A stretch of DNA of 64,000 bases, taken from Thermodesulfobacteriota bacterium (GTDB taxonomy: Bacteria; Desulfobacterota_D; UBA1144; Nemesobacterales; UBA2774). The stretch spans positions 2,720,001 through 2,784,000 of the forward strand of contig OZ244197.1 of NCBI GenBank assembly GCA_965216785.1. Reading direction: 5' to 3'. This document shows positions 38,645-48,398 of this stretch, in pieces (position 1 is the first letter of the stretch; each line of letters starts with the position of its first letter). The position numbers were made by a program, and so were the translations under genes. The notes under the pieces are model-generated. The model had not been told where the DNA came from, made no database searches, and worked only from the letters and a program-made list of their open reading frames with translations.

Positions 38645-40282
38645 CTAATTTTCTTTCCAAATGATAGCTGTGATCGTGCCCTGGTCCTGGAAAATTTGAA
38701 GAAGGTCCGGGATACCGTTTGGCGCGGGTACGTCCAGAACGTTCATGATAAACAAGAGCCTTTTACCGCCCTTGGTATCGATATAACCTGCCAGCGCCTG
38801 TCCTTTTACTATAATCTCTCCGTTTTCCGGCCTGGCGAAAGTGCCGGTCTTGGCAAAGGCGTTGCCCTTGGCTCCTGCGAGCTCGGGGTCTTTTTCGAAG
38901 TCGGTCACGAACCCTAGCGAGCCGTCAACGCCCAGTATCGGCAGCGCGTCAAGATACTCGGGAAAAACGGGAGAGATGCTCATCTCATCCAGTATTTTTA
39001 TAACCGCCTTATTGGTGCCTGTGGTCAGGCCGCCGCCGCTCCCGTCAACAAAGTGAAATTCATTACCAGGGATTCCGAACTGTGTTTCGAGCGTCTGCCT
39101 TTCGACAGCAAGGGAAGCGTCCATGTTATTCACTCCCTGTGTAAGCCCGTAAAGAACAAGGCTCGTATCGGCCCCAATGTTATAGCTCACTTTTAGTATG
39201 AGTTTTATGTATTCGGAATAAGGAAGTGATACAAGCTCCGCTACTCGGGTACCGGGAGTATAGGAGTTTTGAGCAGGGAGCAGATTAACCGGGTTCTGGG
39301 CAACAGGTGCCGCGTGTACGGTTACTCCCGCCTCCTCTAGTGCTTCGATAAAGACTGTCCTGGCATAGTTGTCGGGCCTCACGATCCTAAACGTTTGAAC
39401 CAGTGGAAACTCGTTTGTCAAATCCGGTACAAAATCAATCGGGAGCACACCGCTCACTTCACCCATACAGCCTTCCTGCCCGAAACACTCTGGGAACTCA
39501 GGGGATAGCTCAAACGTGGGCTCTGATCCGGCGGCGCCTGTAACCAATGTAGATTCAACGTCAAAAGCGGCAGACTCGGGCCTATGTACTACAGAGGCAA
39601 GCTCACCCGGGCCGGCCGGGTTCATGGTTACGTCAACTAAGTCGTCGTTAACGTATATCGGCCTTACATTAAAAGGCTCATCCCTGAACTTAAAAGGCTC
39701 GAAAAGGCGGTCGTCAATTATTATCTCGCCCGTAACCTCAGTTATGCCGCTGTCGGCAATTTGCTGAGCCAGTTCCCGGTAGCCCCATAGAGGATCCGGC
39801 TCTGTAAGTACTGCGTTTCCCAAGGAGTCTGCTTCGTTATGGTCAAAACCGGATATTGCCATCGTACCGTCCGGGTTCCTGCGTCCACCCATTGTGAGGT
39901 CACCGGTTGCGACAAGAATAAGGTCTCCTTCGAGTATTCCGGACTCATCCACGCTGCCTTGTCTATGGACAGGAGTTCTGAACATATGGTCCGCGCCCAG
40001 CTCTCCCATGCTGAGACCTGTGGAAAACAGCTTTCTGACAGAGCCTATAAAGAAATGGAAATCGGACCTGAGATTGTATATGACCCGGCCGGTGTCAAGA
40101 TCAACAACCCTGAGCCCCCAGATGGCGTTATCGTATAGAGGCTTATCGAATATGGCCTTTATTTCCTGAGGGATAGGCTCTCCTGTAGAGCTGTTTTTAT
40201 TGCAGCCGCCGGATGAGAATATTGATAAGGTTAGAACTAATAAGACTAGTACAAGACTAAACTTATATCTTATCATCTCCAT
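38645..40282 (-). CDS. dacB: D-Ala-D-Ala carboxypeptidase/endopeptidase (peptidase S13, PBP4)
   Basis: SxxK (GSVRK), SxN (SYN), KTGT, DGSG. Confidence 0.88.
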   Translation of the reverse strand: MEMIRYKFSLVLVLLVLTLSIFSSGGCNKNSSTGEPIPQEIKAIFDKPLYDNAIWGLRVVDLDTGRVIYNLRSDFHFFIGSVRKLFSTGLSMGELGADHMFRTPVHRQGSVDESGILEGDLILVATGDLTMGGRRNPDGTMAISGFDHNEADSLGNAVLTEPDPLWGYRELAQQIADSGITEVTGEIIIDDRLFEPFKFRDEPFNVRPIYVNDDLVDVTMNPAGPGELASVVHRPESAAFDVESTLVTGAAGSEPTFELSPEFPECFGQEGCMGEVSGVLPIDFVPDLTNEFPLVQTFRIVRPDNYARTVFIEALEEAGVTVHAAPVAQNPVNLLPAQNSYTPGTRVAELVSLPYSEYIKLILKVSYNIGADTSLVLYGLTQGVNNMDASLAVERQTLETQFGIPGNEFHFVDGSGGGLTTGTNKAVIKILDEMSISPVFPEYLDALPILGVDGSLGFVTDFEKDPELAGAKGNAFAKTGTFARPENGEIIVKGQALAGYIDTKGGKRLLFIMNVLDVPAPNGIPDLLQIFQDQGTITAIIWKEN

Positions 40283-40400
40283 TTCTCCTTTTTAATCATG
40301 TGTGAATTTAGTACTCCAGAAGTAACCCATATTATATAAAACTATAGCTGTTTTTTTTGTGGAAACGGAAATCAGGAATAACTTTTAGACACTTATAGAT

Positions 40401-40766
40401 TTATTCCTTCATTAATTTTCGCAGCTCTGAGGCGTCGAATACGAGCTTTATCTCTTTTATTTTGCCCTCGACCACTTTAAAGTACTCGACTGTTCTTATA
40501 GTCCCGGCAGGGGAGTCTGTAACGCAGTCATACATAAGTATGGCTTCGTTTTCGTCAAAGAATGTACTTATGGTAACAACAGACTTGAGAATATTTAAAA
40601 ATACTGAAATCGCGCTGATGAGGGAATCGGCGTCGTTAAAATTATCTATGCTGCCGCGGAACTCAAGATCATCCGCCAGGTATGACCTGGCGGTTTCAAG
40701 GTCCCCCGAAACCCAAGCATTTGAATAACCCTCGACTATTTTCCGGGTCGTTTCCTTATCGCTCAT
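40401..40766 (-). CDS. SnoaL/NTF2-like protein
   Basis: GDLETARSYLADD..VEGKIKEIKLVFD. Confidence 0.85.
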   Translation of the reverse strand: MSDKETTRKIVEGYSNAWVSGDLETARSYLADDLEFRGSIDNFNDADSLISAISVFLNILKSVVTISTFFDENEAILMYDCVTDSPAGTIRTVEYFKVVEGKIKEIKLVFDASELRKLMKE

Positions 40767-40857
40767 AATACTGCCTCCCTACTGATTGAAAGAACTATTA
40801 TATATTCATGAGAGACAATATAAAAATCCTGAAACGACCCGAATACGCTTTTGAGCA

Positions 40858-41406
40858 TTACTGCGCGCGCGTGAGAGTAATGGTGGTAGGATCTTTTTTC
40901 GCTTCGCCCCCCATATAGGGAGTCCATTCCTGGACAATGGTGTTGTCGTCTTTAATTGTTAGCTTAAGCGAGTGCATATGCATATCCTTTGAGGCGTCCA
41001 TATTTGAGCCGCCGATGAGATCGAACTCGAGTACGCCGCCGTTTGAACTTTTTAGCGCAAGCTCAGGCTGGTTCTTGAGCATGCAGTAGTGAGTCATCAC
41101 GATCTGTCCGTCTCTTTCGGAATAGAGGGTGATCATTTCCGCCGGAGTGCCCGGGAAAGACCGCTCTATGACGACACTGCCGCCGGCAGAGGTCTCGTAT
41201 ATTACAGTGACAGGCTCTTCCTTTCCGTGCATCACACCCGTTCCGCTCCATGTGCCGGCAAGCGACTTGATCTGCTCAAACTCCGCTGAGCCCGTGTAAG
41301 GCTTCATGTAATCGGGCATTTGCGCTTTTTCGTCCGCCGAGGTATATAAAGCCGCTGTAAAGATAAGAAATAAGGTTAACGAAGTAAATCTAATAAATGT
41401 TTTCAT
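40858..41406 (-). CDS. Hypothetical secreted protein
   Basis: Signal peptide; LAGTW, THYCMLKNQP, MHMH. Confidence 0.75.
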   Translation of the reverse strand: MKTFIRFTSLTLFLIFTAALYTSADEKAQMPDYMKPYTGSAEFEQIKSLAGTWSGTGVMHGKEEPVTVIYETSAGGSVVIERSFPGTPAEMITLYSERDGQIVMTHYCMLKNQPELALKSSNGGVLEFDLIGGSNMDASKDMHMHSLKLTIKDDNTIVQEWTPYMGGEAKKDPTTITLTRAQ

Positions 41407-41445
41407 AACACACCTCCTGTATTTTTCGATATTAACATATTCTAG

Positions 41446-41874
41446 TTAGATTTGAGCGCTTATGGTCGTACTCAAACGATTCAGGCAGCCGGTCCAGCCT
41501 TCCCTGTGGTTCTCCGCCATCTCGCCCTCGGGAAGGAGCTCGTGAGAGATAGTAACCTCGGTGCCTCTGCCGGATTTTGCCAGTGTTACAGTTACGAGCG
41601 TATTCTGAACAAAGTCAGAATTCCATGTGAAAACGAGCTTGTCGGGAGGGGAAATTTCTTTATACTCGCCGACGTGGATGTAAATGTCTCCGTTTTTAGC
41701 ATACATCTTAAGGGTATAGTCGCCCCCGACGACCGGGTTGTTTGTCACTTCCGCGTACATATCCTCCCCCGGGAAAAACCATTTGCTCATTATTTCTGCG
41801 TCGGTAAAGGCCTCGAACACCTCCTCAAGCGAGGCGCTTACAACCTTTTTTACAACTACTGTAGTATCGCTCAT
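41446..41874 (-). CDS. SRPBCC/AHSA1 domain protein
   Basis: VFEAFTD..SKWF, KLVFTW, HREGW. Confidence 0.9.
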   Translation of the reverse strand: MSDTTVVVKKVVSASLEEVFEAFTDAEIMSKWFFPGEDMYAEVTNNPVVGGDYTLKMYAKNGDIYIHVGEYKEISPPDKLVFTWNSDFVQNTLVTVTLAKSGRGTEVTISHELLPEGEMAENHREGWTGCLNRLSTTISAQI

Positions 41875-42221
41875 TTTTTCCTGTCCTCCTTAATCTTCTT
41901 CTTGTTAAAGTATTTCTCGAGCGCTTCGAGCCTTGCCTCCCAGAAAGCTCTGTAACGCTGAATGAGCTCGGAAACGTTTTCAAGCATCTCGTAGTTGAAG
42001 CTGCAGTGCTTTAGGCGCCCTTCACTCTTTTGGGTCACGAGCCCTGTGCGGACAAGTACCTGAATGTGCTTTGAAACACCTTGAACCGTCATATCGTACT
42101 TCTCGGCAAGCTCATTGACCGTGAGGTCTTTCTTGGCAAGCTCAAGCACAATTTGTCTGCGGGTGGAATTGGAAAGCGCGTGGAAAATTCCGTCTAACTC
42201 TTTCGATTTATTATCAACCAT
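41871..42221 (-). CDS. ArsR/SmtB family transcriptional regulator
   Basis: FHALSNSTRRQI, VSKHIQVL, FWEARLEAL. Confidence 0.92.
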   Translation of the reverse strand: MVDNKSKELDGIFHALSNSTRRQIVLELAKKDLTVNELAEKYDMTVQGVSKHIQVLVRTGLVTQKSEGRLKHCSFNYEMLENVSELIQRYRAFWEARLEALEKYFNKKKIKEDRKK

Positions 42222-42269
42222 GTAGTTGATTATATCTCGCCAACGAAGCTTTGTCAACCAGTTGGTTGA
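42213..42269 (-). promoter_or_regulatory. Consensus sigma70 promoter with two palindromic operators
   Basis: TTGACA(42257-52)-17-TATAAT(42234-29); operators TCAACCATGTAGTTGA and TCAACCAGTTGGTTGA. Confidence 0.8.
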
Positions 42270-42326
42270 ATATTATTTTTCTTTGACTATTTGCGAGAAT
42301 TTACATGACGGCTAAAATGTAAGACC

Positions 42327-43151
42327 ATGATGAAAATGTTTATTCGCCCTCTGACATTGCTGCTCTTTATATTCACTGCGGTTACAGCCTTTGCTGATCA
42401 AAATAACTCGACTCAGTCTATCGGGGCTTACACCGCCGGGTGTATAAGGAACGCCGCGGCGCTTCCTAAGGACGGGAAAGGATATCAGGTGATTAGACTC
42501 GGCAGAGGCAGATTTTTCGCCCACCCTGAGACCTTGGATTTCATTACGACATTGAGTGAGAAGGTTAACGAAGAGCTCGGCGGGCTTCTCCTGATCGCAG
42601 ACATAGCCCAGCAGACTGGGGGGCCGATGCCCGATGACCATTCTAGCCACCAGACAGGTCTTGACGCTGACATTCTGTTCTGGCAGCACCCGGTGGCCAA
42701 AGAGCGAACGCTTAGTGTAAAAGAGAGGCAGTACATCAATCCGCGCTCAGTATTGTTTCCGGGCGGATATGGCATAGACCCTAATAAATGGAGCACTATG
42801 CAGGAGCAGATACTTATGCTCGCGGCATCAGACCCGAGGGTAGACAGGATATTTATTAACCCGGTTATCAAAAGGAAGTTATGCGCAAACTACGGAGGTC
42901 AGGACTGGCTTGCGAAGATGCGCCCCTGGTACGGACACGACGGACATTTCCATGTGAGGCTTAAGTGCCCAAAAGGGAGCGTATCGTGTGAGGCACAGGC
43001 ACCTCTACCGAATTTCGGGGACGGATGCGACGAGCTAATAACCTGGTTTAGAGAAGACGGCACTGTGAAGACAAGAAAAAAGAGCGGATCGTACGTGCCG
43101 AAAAAGCTACCTGATGAATGTATCGCGATTATGAACGGAAAACATGAATAA
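42327..43151 (+). CDS. mepA: Penicillin-insensitive murein endopeptidase
   Basis: SIGAYTAGC, HSSHQTGLDAD, RPWYGHDGHFHVRLKCP. Confidence 0.93.
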   Translation: MMKMFIRPLTLLLFIFTAVTAFADQNNSTQSIGAYTAGCIRNAAALPKDGKGYQVIRLGRGRFFAHPETLDFITTLSEKVNEELGGLLLIADIAQQTGGPMPDDHSSHQTGLDADILFWQHPVAKERTLSVKERQYINPRSVLFPGGYGIDPNKWSTMQEQILMLAASDPRVDRIFINPVIKRKLCANYGGQDWLAKMRPWYGHDGHFHVRLKCPKGSVSCEAQAPLPNFGDGCDELITWFREDGTVKTRKKSGSYVPKKLPDECIAIMNGKHE

Positions 43152-43162
43152 TCGGGTATTAC

Positions 43163-43714
43163 CTATTCATAAATCTTAGAGATTTTCTCACTATCCTCAG
43201 CACCAGCTGTCTTATCTGGCGTTTCCTTGTGCGGGCACTCTAGCGGTCCGTCCCAGACTATCTCTGACTCGTTTGAATTGAGGAACTCCGTACCCACTTT
43301 CCTAGCACCTGTGAAGATGGCGCCTTTTAGGTTCGTGCGCTCAAAATCAACTCCGTTAAGCTTTGAGTTTATAAAGCAAGCGCCCTCGAGGTTTACGTCT
43401 GTGAAGTCAACACCGCTAAATTTAGCGCCGGTGAAGTCGGCCTTTGACAGATCGGAGAACTCAAAATCTACAGCATAGAACTTAGCGCCGACAAAGCTGT
43501 GGCCCGAAAAATCGACCCCTGTGAAGTCGTGGCTCTTGTATACCTCACCGTCATGCACAGTGTTCACCGCATCAACATCCTCTTGAGACGGATCTTCGCT
43601 AAGTTGCTCTGACTCAATGTTATTCTCTACTTGAGTCTCTTGCTCAGCGTATGTGACATGACACAGATATAGTAATACTGTTAATACCAAGAGCGAGTAT
43701 CTGACTGCGCTCAT
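43163..43714 (-). CDS. Secreted pentapeptide-repeat protein
   Basis: Repeats of the ADFTG/AKFSG/VDFTD type. Confidence 0.88.
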   Translation of the reverse strand: MSAVRYSLLVLTVLLYLCHVTYAEQETQVENNIESEQLSEDPSQEDVDAVNTVHDGEVYKSHDFTGVDFSGHSFVGAKFYAVDFEFSDLSKADFTGAKFSGVDFTDVNLEGACFINSKLNGVDFERTNLKGAIFTGARKVGTEFLNSNESEIVWDGPLECPHKETPDKTAGAEDSEKISKIYE

Positions 43715-43858
43715 TAACTATTCTCCTACAGTCTCCCATCAAGACTGGTAAAGTGAAGCTATATTATAGACTAATATGTCCATAATTGGAATAAAGGCTA
43801 TAAAAATTAGCGTAAACCGAGAATTTCGGCTTCATATTTCCTATCTGAGGGTTAAAAT

Positions 43859-45268
43859 TTAACCGAGCTCGATCTTATCGCCGAGCTCGGGAATCTGTAT
43901 GTCCTTGAAACCTTCTTTCTTGAGCGCTGAGCGGAATGATTCCTGACGGTCAAGGTCACCGTGAACAAGATATATACTTTTAAGCTTATCCCTAGATAGA
44001 TTTGAGAGGTACTCGAGCATCTCCGGCTCGTCGCCGTGCGCGCTGTAGGAGTCCATTATCTTAACTTTTGCTTTAACACGGAGCTCCTGGCCGAATATCC
44101 TGATTTTCTTATCCCCTCTCCTAATCCTGGCTCCCAGAGTGTGAGGGGCACAGTATCCTACTATGAGCACGGTATTCCTCTTGTCTTCTACGTGGTTCAT
44201 GAGGTGGTGGAGGATGCGTCCTCCGGTCATCATGCCCGAGGCGCTGATAATAATGGCGGGGCCGTCCAAGTAATTAAGCTGTTTGGATTCGTCAGTGCGT
44301 TTTACGTACTTAAGGTCGTTAAAACGGAAGGGGTTTGGGTCATCCAGCATATACTCACGTATGTCACTATCAAAACACTCTGGGTGGAGCCTGAACACCT
44401 CTGTAGCATTCACTGCCATGGGGCTGTCTACGAATACCGGAACTTCGGGAAGCCTTCCCTCTGTCTCTAGCTTATCAAGTGTGTGAACAAGCTCTTGTGT
44501 CCTTCCCACGCTGAAAGCGGGGATGATGAGTTTTCCTTTGTTATCAATACAGGTCTCTGTAATGATTGAGAGTAAATCTTCAACGTCCTGGGGAAGCTGG
44601 TTGTGTTTTTTACCACCGTATGTGGACTCGCAGATGAGGTAGTCGAGGTTCTCCATCGGCACCGGGTCTTTGAGTATCGGTCTGTCGGGTCTGCCGATAT
44701 CGCCGCTGAAACCAAAATATAGAGGGTCATCACCGTTCCGATCGATCCTGAGAGTAACGCTGGCGCTCCCGAATATGTGTCCGCTGTCTTTGAACATTAC
44801 GCTTACGCCTGGCTTCAGCGGATGCCAGGAGTCGTAGCTTATCCCCACGAAGCTCTGAAGTGAGTCCGTAGCGTCCTCTATTGTGTAAAGGGGTTTTGAG
44901 TCCTGGGGAAGCCCCCTCCTCTTTCTTCTTTTGTTATCGTAGTAAGCGTCGTTTTCCTGTATCTTGGCGCTGTCCAGAAGCATAACGGCAGACAGATCTC
45001 TGGTCGCGCTCGTGGATATTATTTCTCCCCTGTATCCGTCCTTTACAAGTCTTGGGATGCGTCCGCTGTGATCAATGTGGGCATGTGAAAGCACCATGTA
45101 GTCTATGTCGCCCGGGTCGAAAATCCAATTGGCGTTAAAGTCCTCAAACTCCTCGTCCCTCCCCTGGTAGAGCCCGCAGTCGAGCAGTATCTTGAATCCG
45201 TCGTCAAGCGTGAGTAGGTGGCAGCTGCCTGTAACCGTGCGGGCAGCGCCGCAGAACTGTATCTCCAT
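43859..45268 (-). CDS. MBL-fold beta-CASP ribonuclease family protein
   Basis: GAARTVTGS, SHAHIDHSG, ESTYG, SAHGD, LVHG. Confidence 0.93.
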   Translation of the reverse strand: MEIQFCGAARTVTGSCHLLTLDDGFKILLDCGLYQGRDEEFEDFNANWIFDPGDIDYMVLSHAHIDHSGRIPRLVKDGYRGEIISTSATRDLSAVMLLDSAKIQENDAYYDNKRRKRRGLPQDSKPLYTIEDATDSLQSFVGISYDSWHPLKPGVSVMFKDSGHIFGSASVTLRIDRNGDDPLYFGFSGDIGRPDRPILKDPVPMENLDYLICESTYGGKKHNQLPQDVEDLLSIITETCIDNKGKLIIPAFSVGRTQELVHTLDKLETEGRLPEVPVFVDSPMAVNATEVFRLHPECFDSDIREYMLDDPNPFRFNDLKYVKRTDESKQLNYLDGPAIIISASGMMTGGRILHHLMNHVEDKRNTVLIVGYCAPHTLGARIRRGDKKIRIFGQELRVKAKVKIMDSYSAHGDEPEMLEYLSNLSRDKLKSIYLVHGDLDRQESFRSALKKEGFKDIQIPELGDKIELG

Positions 45269-45363
45269 TTAGCGTCCTCTTGTCTGAACTTAGAATTTTA
45301 ATATGGATTATTTTCAACAAATTCTTTCAAGTATACAAGTAGCGATGAAAGCTATAAACGCAC

Positions 45364-45768
45364 TTACGTAACCTCTTTTTCCTCAGTATGCTTTACAGGC
45401 ACCGTTGTATGGGGGCTGCCGCAGCCTCCGTAACGGGGCGTTTCCTTACTTTCCCTGAACATCCAGGACAAACCGAAACCGAAGATTGCGCCGGAAACAT
45501 TTGCCAGCATATCGAAGTAAGAAAAGCTCCTGCCGGGTATTGGCAGCTGAAGGAATTCGAGCAGTATGCCCAGCGCTAATATTGATAGAAAAAGGTATAA
45601 CCTCGTATTGAAAGAGCGCGCAACAAAATAAGCGAATACAGCAAGTCCGCAGTAAGCTATGAAGTGGGCGATTTTATCGGAATTACCCGGAGCATCAATG
45701 CCTGAGAACGGGACGAGGCTCGATAGAATGAGTGCTATGAGATATATGAACGAGATAATTTTGAGCAT
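45364..45768 (-). CDS. VanZ-like membrane protein
   Basis: DKIAHFIAY, EFLQ..PGR, DMLAN. Confidence 0.85.
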   Translation of the reverse strand: MLKIISFIYLIALILSSLVPFSGIDAPGNSDKIAHFIAYCGLAVFAYFVARSFNTRLYLFLSILALGILLEFLQLPIPGRSFSYFDMLANVSGAIFGFGLSWMFRESKETPRYGGCGSPHTTVPVKHTEEKEVT

Positions 45769-45850
45769 TGTCGGTAGTTGTATAATTATATGCACATATT
45801 GACAGAATATACACTTTAATTTGATTTAGGGCCCTGGAGCATTATTACAT

Positions 45851-46028
45851 GAGAATGCCACAGTCGCTTTGATACTTCGCAACAACAAAAACAATTAATT
45901 CCCCCCACCCCCCTTTGCGTAAGGGGAAATAGATTGGTTTCACCCTACGACCGCGCCCTACGTGTGTGTGCAGGGTGAGCGGGTTTTATCACCCCCATCC
46001 TAGCCTTCCCCCCTCTAGGGGGAAGGGA
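45851..46028 (+). repeat. REP-like palindromic mosaic 3
   Basis: GAGAATGCCAC..TCGCAACAAC, TCACCC..GGGTGAGCGGGTTTT, core TCACCCCCATCCTAGCCTTCCCCCCTCTAGGGGGAAGGG (from 45989). Confidence 0.75.
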
Positions 46029-46132
46029 ATACACGGATGTATTTTGCGACTGTTTTGATTTTGTGATATACATAATACTGTTTGAGAGAGGGAACCGAAT
46101 TTTGCTGTCTGAAAATTTAGAATAGACCTAAC

Positions 46133-47143
46133 ATGAGCACTTTAGCAAAGCCCAAAACACTCTGGATTAAAGATCCTAAATTTGACCTTATCTATTTAAG
46201 CTTTGGGTGGATTGCCATATATCTGGCTTTTGTAATATTCGAGAATTACTTTGCTACGATTTTAATAATAGTGGCAGCTACAAGCTTCGTTCACAGACAC
46301 TATACGTTCGCCCTAGTATACGGACAGAAAGAAGAGTTTGATAAGCGAAAACGGGCTTACATACTGCTTCCGATCGCTTTTTTGGTTATAGCAGTCACAT
46401 TTTATAAGCTTAATATCTTTTCCGTTCTGCTTGCTGTTTCGATAGTTTGGCTCATGTACCATACTATCGCTCAAAAATACGGTCTTACCAGAATATATTC
46501 CAGAAAAGCGGGTTATGGAGAGGCTTGGCTGGATAAGGGGATCATATATTCCTGGTTTGTTTATTTGTTCTTTGCGCTTGGTGAAAGGAACAGGGGTCTC
46601 CTAAATGAGTATCATGAAGGACGGACCCTGATTAAGTATCTGGGAGATTATTTCAACATATTTACAACGATATCCTACATTGCGCTTGCGGTAGCTATCG
46701 CAATTACCGCCGTTTACATATATGTGGAGCTTAAGAACTGGGATAAGATCAGTCTGCCGAAAAACATTTTCGTAATTTCAGTATTACTACTGTACGCCAT
46801 ATTCTTTCAAAACCTGGTTATTGGATTTTTAGTATTCGGATTCTCACACGCGATTGAATATATAGCATTCGTGAACCTGTTCGTTAACTCAAAGTACAAA
46901 AAAAGACCCGACACGGGGAGCTTTTTCTCCAAAGTTACCAAAAAACAGTGGCTGTACGCAGGGATATTCACTGTGATTCTGGCCACAATCAGCGTTGCGG
47001 GCTTGAATATAAACGAATACGTTCTCGGGCTTTATATAACCGGCTCTTCATTCCTCCACTTCATATACGACGGCTGGATCTGGAAGGTGAGCAAGCCCGA
47101 AGTATCAAAACCGCTCGATTTGAAACCTATTACACCTTCTTAA
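46133..47143 (+). CDS. Polytopic membrane protein with His motifs, unknown function
   Basis: About 9 TM helices; HRHYT, YHTIAQ, SHAIEY, LHFIYDG. Confidence 0.8.
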   Translation: MSTLAKPKTLWIKDPKFDLIYLSFGWIAIYLAFVIFENYFATILIIVAATSFVHRHYTFALVYGQKEEFDKRKRAYILLPIAFLVIAVTFYKLNIFSVLLAVSIVWLMYHTIAQKYGLTRIYSRKAGYGEAWLDKGIIYSWFVYLFFALGERNRGLLNEYHEGRTLIKYLGDYFNIFTTISYIALAVAIAITAVYIYVELKNWDKISLPKNIFVISVLLLYAIFFQNLVIGFLVFGFSHAIEYIAFVNLFVNSKYKKRPDTGSFFSKVTKKQWLYAGIFTVILATISVAGLNINEYVLGLYITGSSFLHFIYDGWIWKVSKPEVSKPLDLKPITPS

Positions 47144-47177
47144 CGCATCTAAACAATCCGCTTTAAGAAATATATTA

Positions 47178-47206
47178 TTGACCATTTGTTCAACTTTATG
47201 TATTTT
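47178..47206 (+). promoter_or_regulatory. tetR promoter with overlapping palindromic operator
   Basis: TTGACC-17-TATTTT; operator TTGACCATTTGTTCAA. Confidence 0.65.
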
Positions 47207-47213
47207 ATCTTCT

Positions 47214-47789
47214 ATGGGAAGGCCGTACGAATTTGATAAAAATGAGACCCTTTCAAAGGCGATGGACGTCTTTTGGGAAAAGGGTTATAAAGCAACGAGC
47301 ATTGACGACCTCGTGGACAGAATGGGTATACAGAGAGGGAGTATCTATAACACTTTTGGAGATAAGAGGGAGCTGTTCCTTTCGGCTGTGGAGCACTATG
47401 GGGACGTAGTGACATCGAGGACTCTAAAAGTGCTTGAGGCGGACGGCTCACCGATTGAGAACATCAAAAAGTTTTTCGATATCATAGTGAATACACCTCC
47501 TGACAGTAGATCCAAGGGGTGTCTTATTAGTAACACTGTGGTGGAGCTAGCCCCCCACGACGAAGAAGTAGCCGACGTGGTCAAAGGGATAATGAAGAAG
47601 ATTCAGACCGCGTTTCAAAATTGCCTTGAGAGAGCGGTCGAGGCAGGCGAATTGCCTGAGACTACCAACACAAGGGTTCTGTCTAATTTCCTGGCTACAA
47701 GCACTCACGGGCTAATCGTTACAGGGAAATCGATACCTGATAAAAAGCAGCTAAAAGATGTGGTAGATGTGATTTTATCTACACTTTAA
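47214..47789 (+). CDS. TetR/AcrR family regulator (NemR/ComR-like)
   Basis: MGRPYEFD, FWEKGYKATS, SIYNTFGDK, GCLISN. Confidence 0.92.
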   Translation: MGRPYEFDKNETLSKAMDVFWEKGYKATSIDDLVDRMGIQRGSIYNTFGDKRELFLSAVEHYGDVVTSRTLKVLEADGSPIENIKKFFDIIVNTPPDSRSKGCLISNTVVELAPHDEEVADVVKGIMKKIQTAFQNCLERAVEAGELPETTNTRVLSNFLATSTHGLIVTGKSIPDKKQLKDVVDVILSTL

Positions 47790-47805
47790 AAAATTTTGGG
47801 ATTTA

Positions 47806-47821
47806 TTGAACAGATGTTCAA
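47806..47821. promoter_or_regulatory. Second TetR-type operator
   Basis: TTGAACA-GA-TGTTCAA palindrome, nearly identical to 47178-47193. Confidence 0.7.
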
Positions 47822-47852
47822 CAACAAAACACACTATTAGGAGGTAGTAGAT

Positions 47853-48374
47853 ATGGCTAAGATTCCATACGTTGAAAAGGAGAACGCTCCTGAGAACGTA
47901 CAGGCGGTATATGACCAGCTTCAGGGGATGTTCGGTGTTGTACCAAACGTTATAAAGGCTATGGCGAATGCGCCGGAGCTTATGATGGGCTTTATGCCGT
48001 TTTTAGGCGCTGCGCTCGGACCAAGTAAGGTGGATAACGCTACAAAAGAGCTTGCTATTTTGACAACGACCAAGCTCAATGGCTGCACTTATTGCACAGC
48101 TCATCATTCGGCGGCGGGCAAAAGAGCCGGGCTTACGGATGAGCAAATCGCGGCGGCAACCGATGAGACGAACGACGCTTTAGACGACAGACAGAAGGCG
48201 GTCGTAAGATACGCAAAGGAGCTCGCGCAGAATGTCGCGGCAAGTCAGGAAGCACTGGATGAGATGGCAAAACATTTCGATGATGCACAAATCGCTGAGC
48301 TTAATATGGTAGCCGGAACATTTCATGTATTAACGAGATTTGCGGATACTTTTAAAGTAGAACTTGAAAAATGA
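47853..48374 (+). CDS. AhpD/carboxymuconolactone decarboxylase family peroxidase
   Basis: KELAIL..NGCTYCTAHH. Confidence 0.9.
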   Translation: MAKIPYVEKENAPENVQAVYDQLQGMFGVVPNVIKAMANAPELMMGFMPFLGAALGPSKVDNATKELAILTTTKLNGCTYCTAHHSAAGKRAGLTDEQIAAATDETNDALDDRQKAVVRYAKELAQNVAASQEALDEMAKHFDDAQIAELNMVAGTFHVLTRFADTFKVELEK

Positions 48375-48398
48375 TTTGTAAGGTGCTATAATCAGTAT

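Noticed and set aside
43163-43714. Pentapeptide protein as a Qnr quinolone-resistance gene
   Set aside because: Has a signal peptide and a short repeat block; generic secreted pentapeptide protein
45364-45768. VanZ as a glycopeptide-resistance determinant
   Set aside because: VanZ-like proteins are widespread, and no van cluster is nearby
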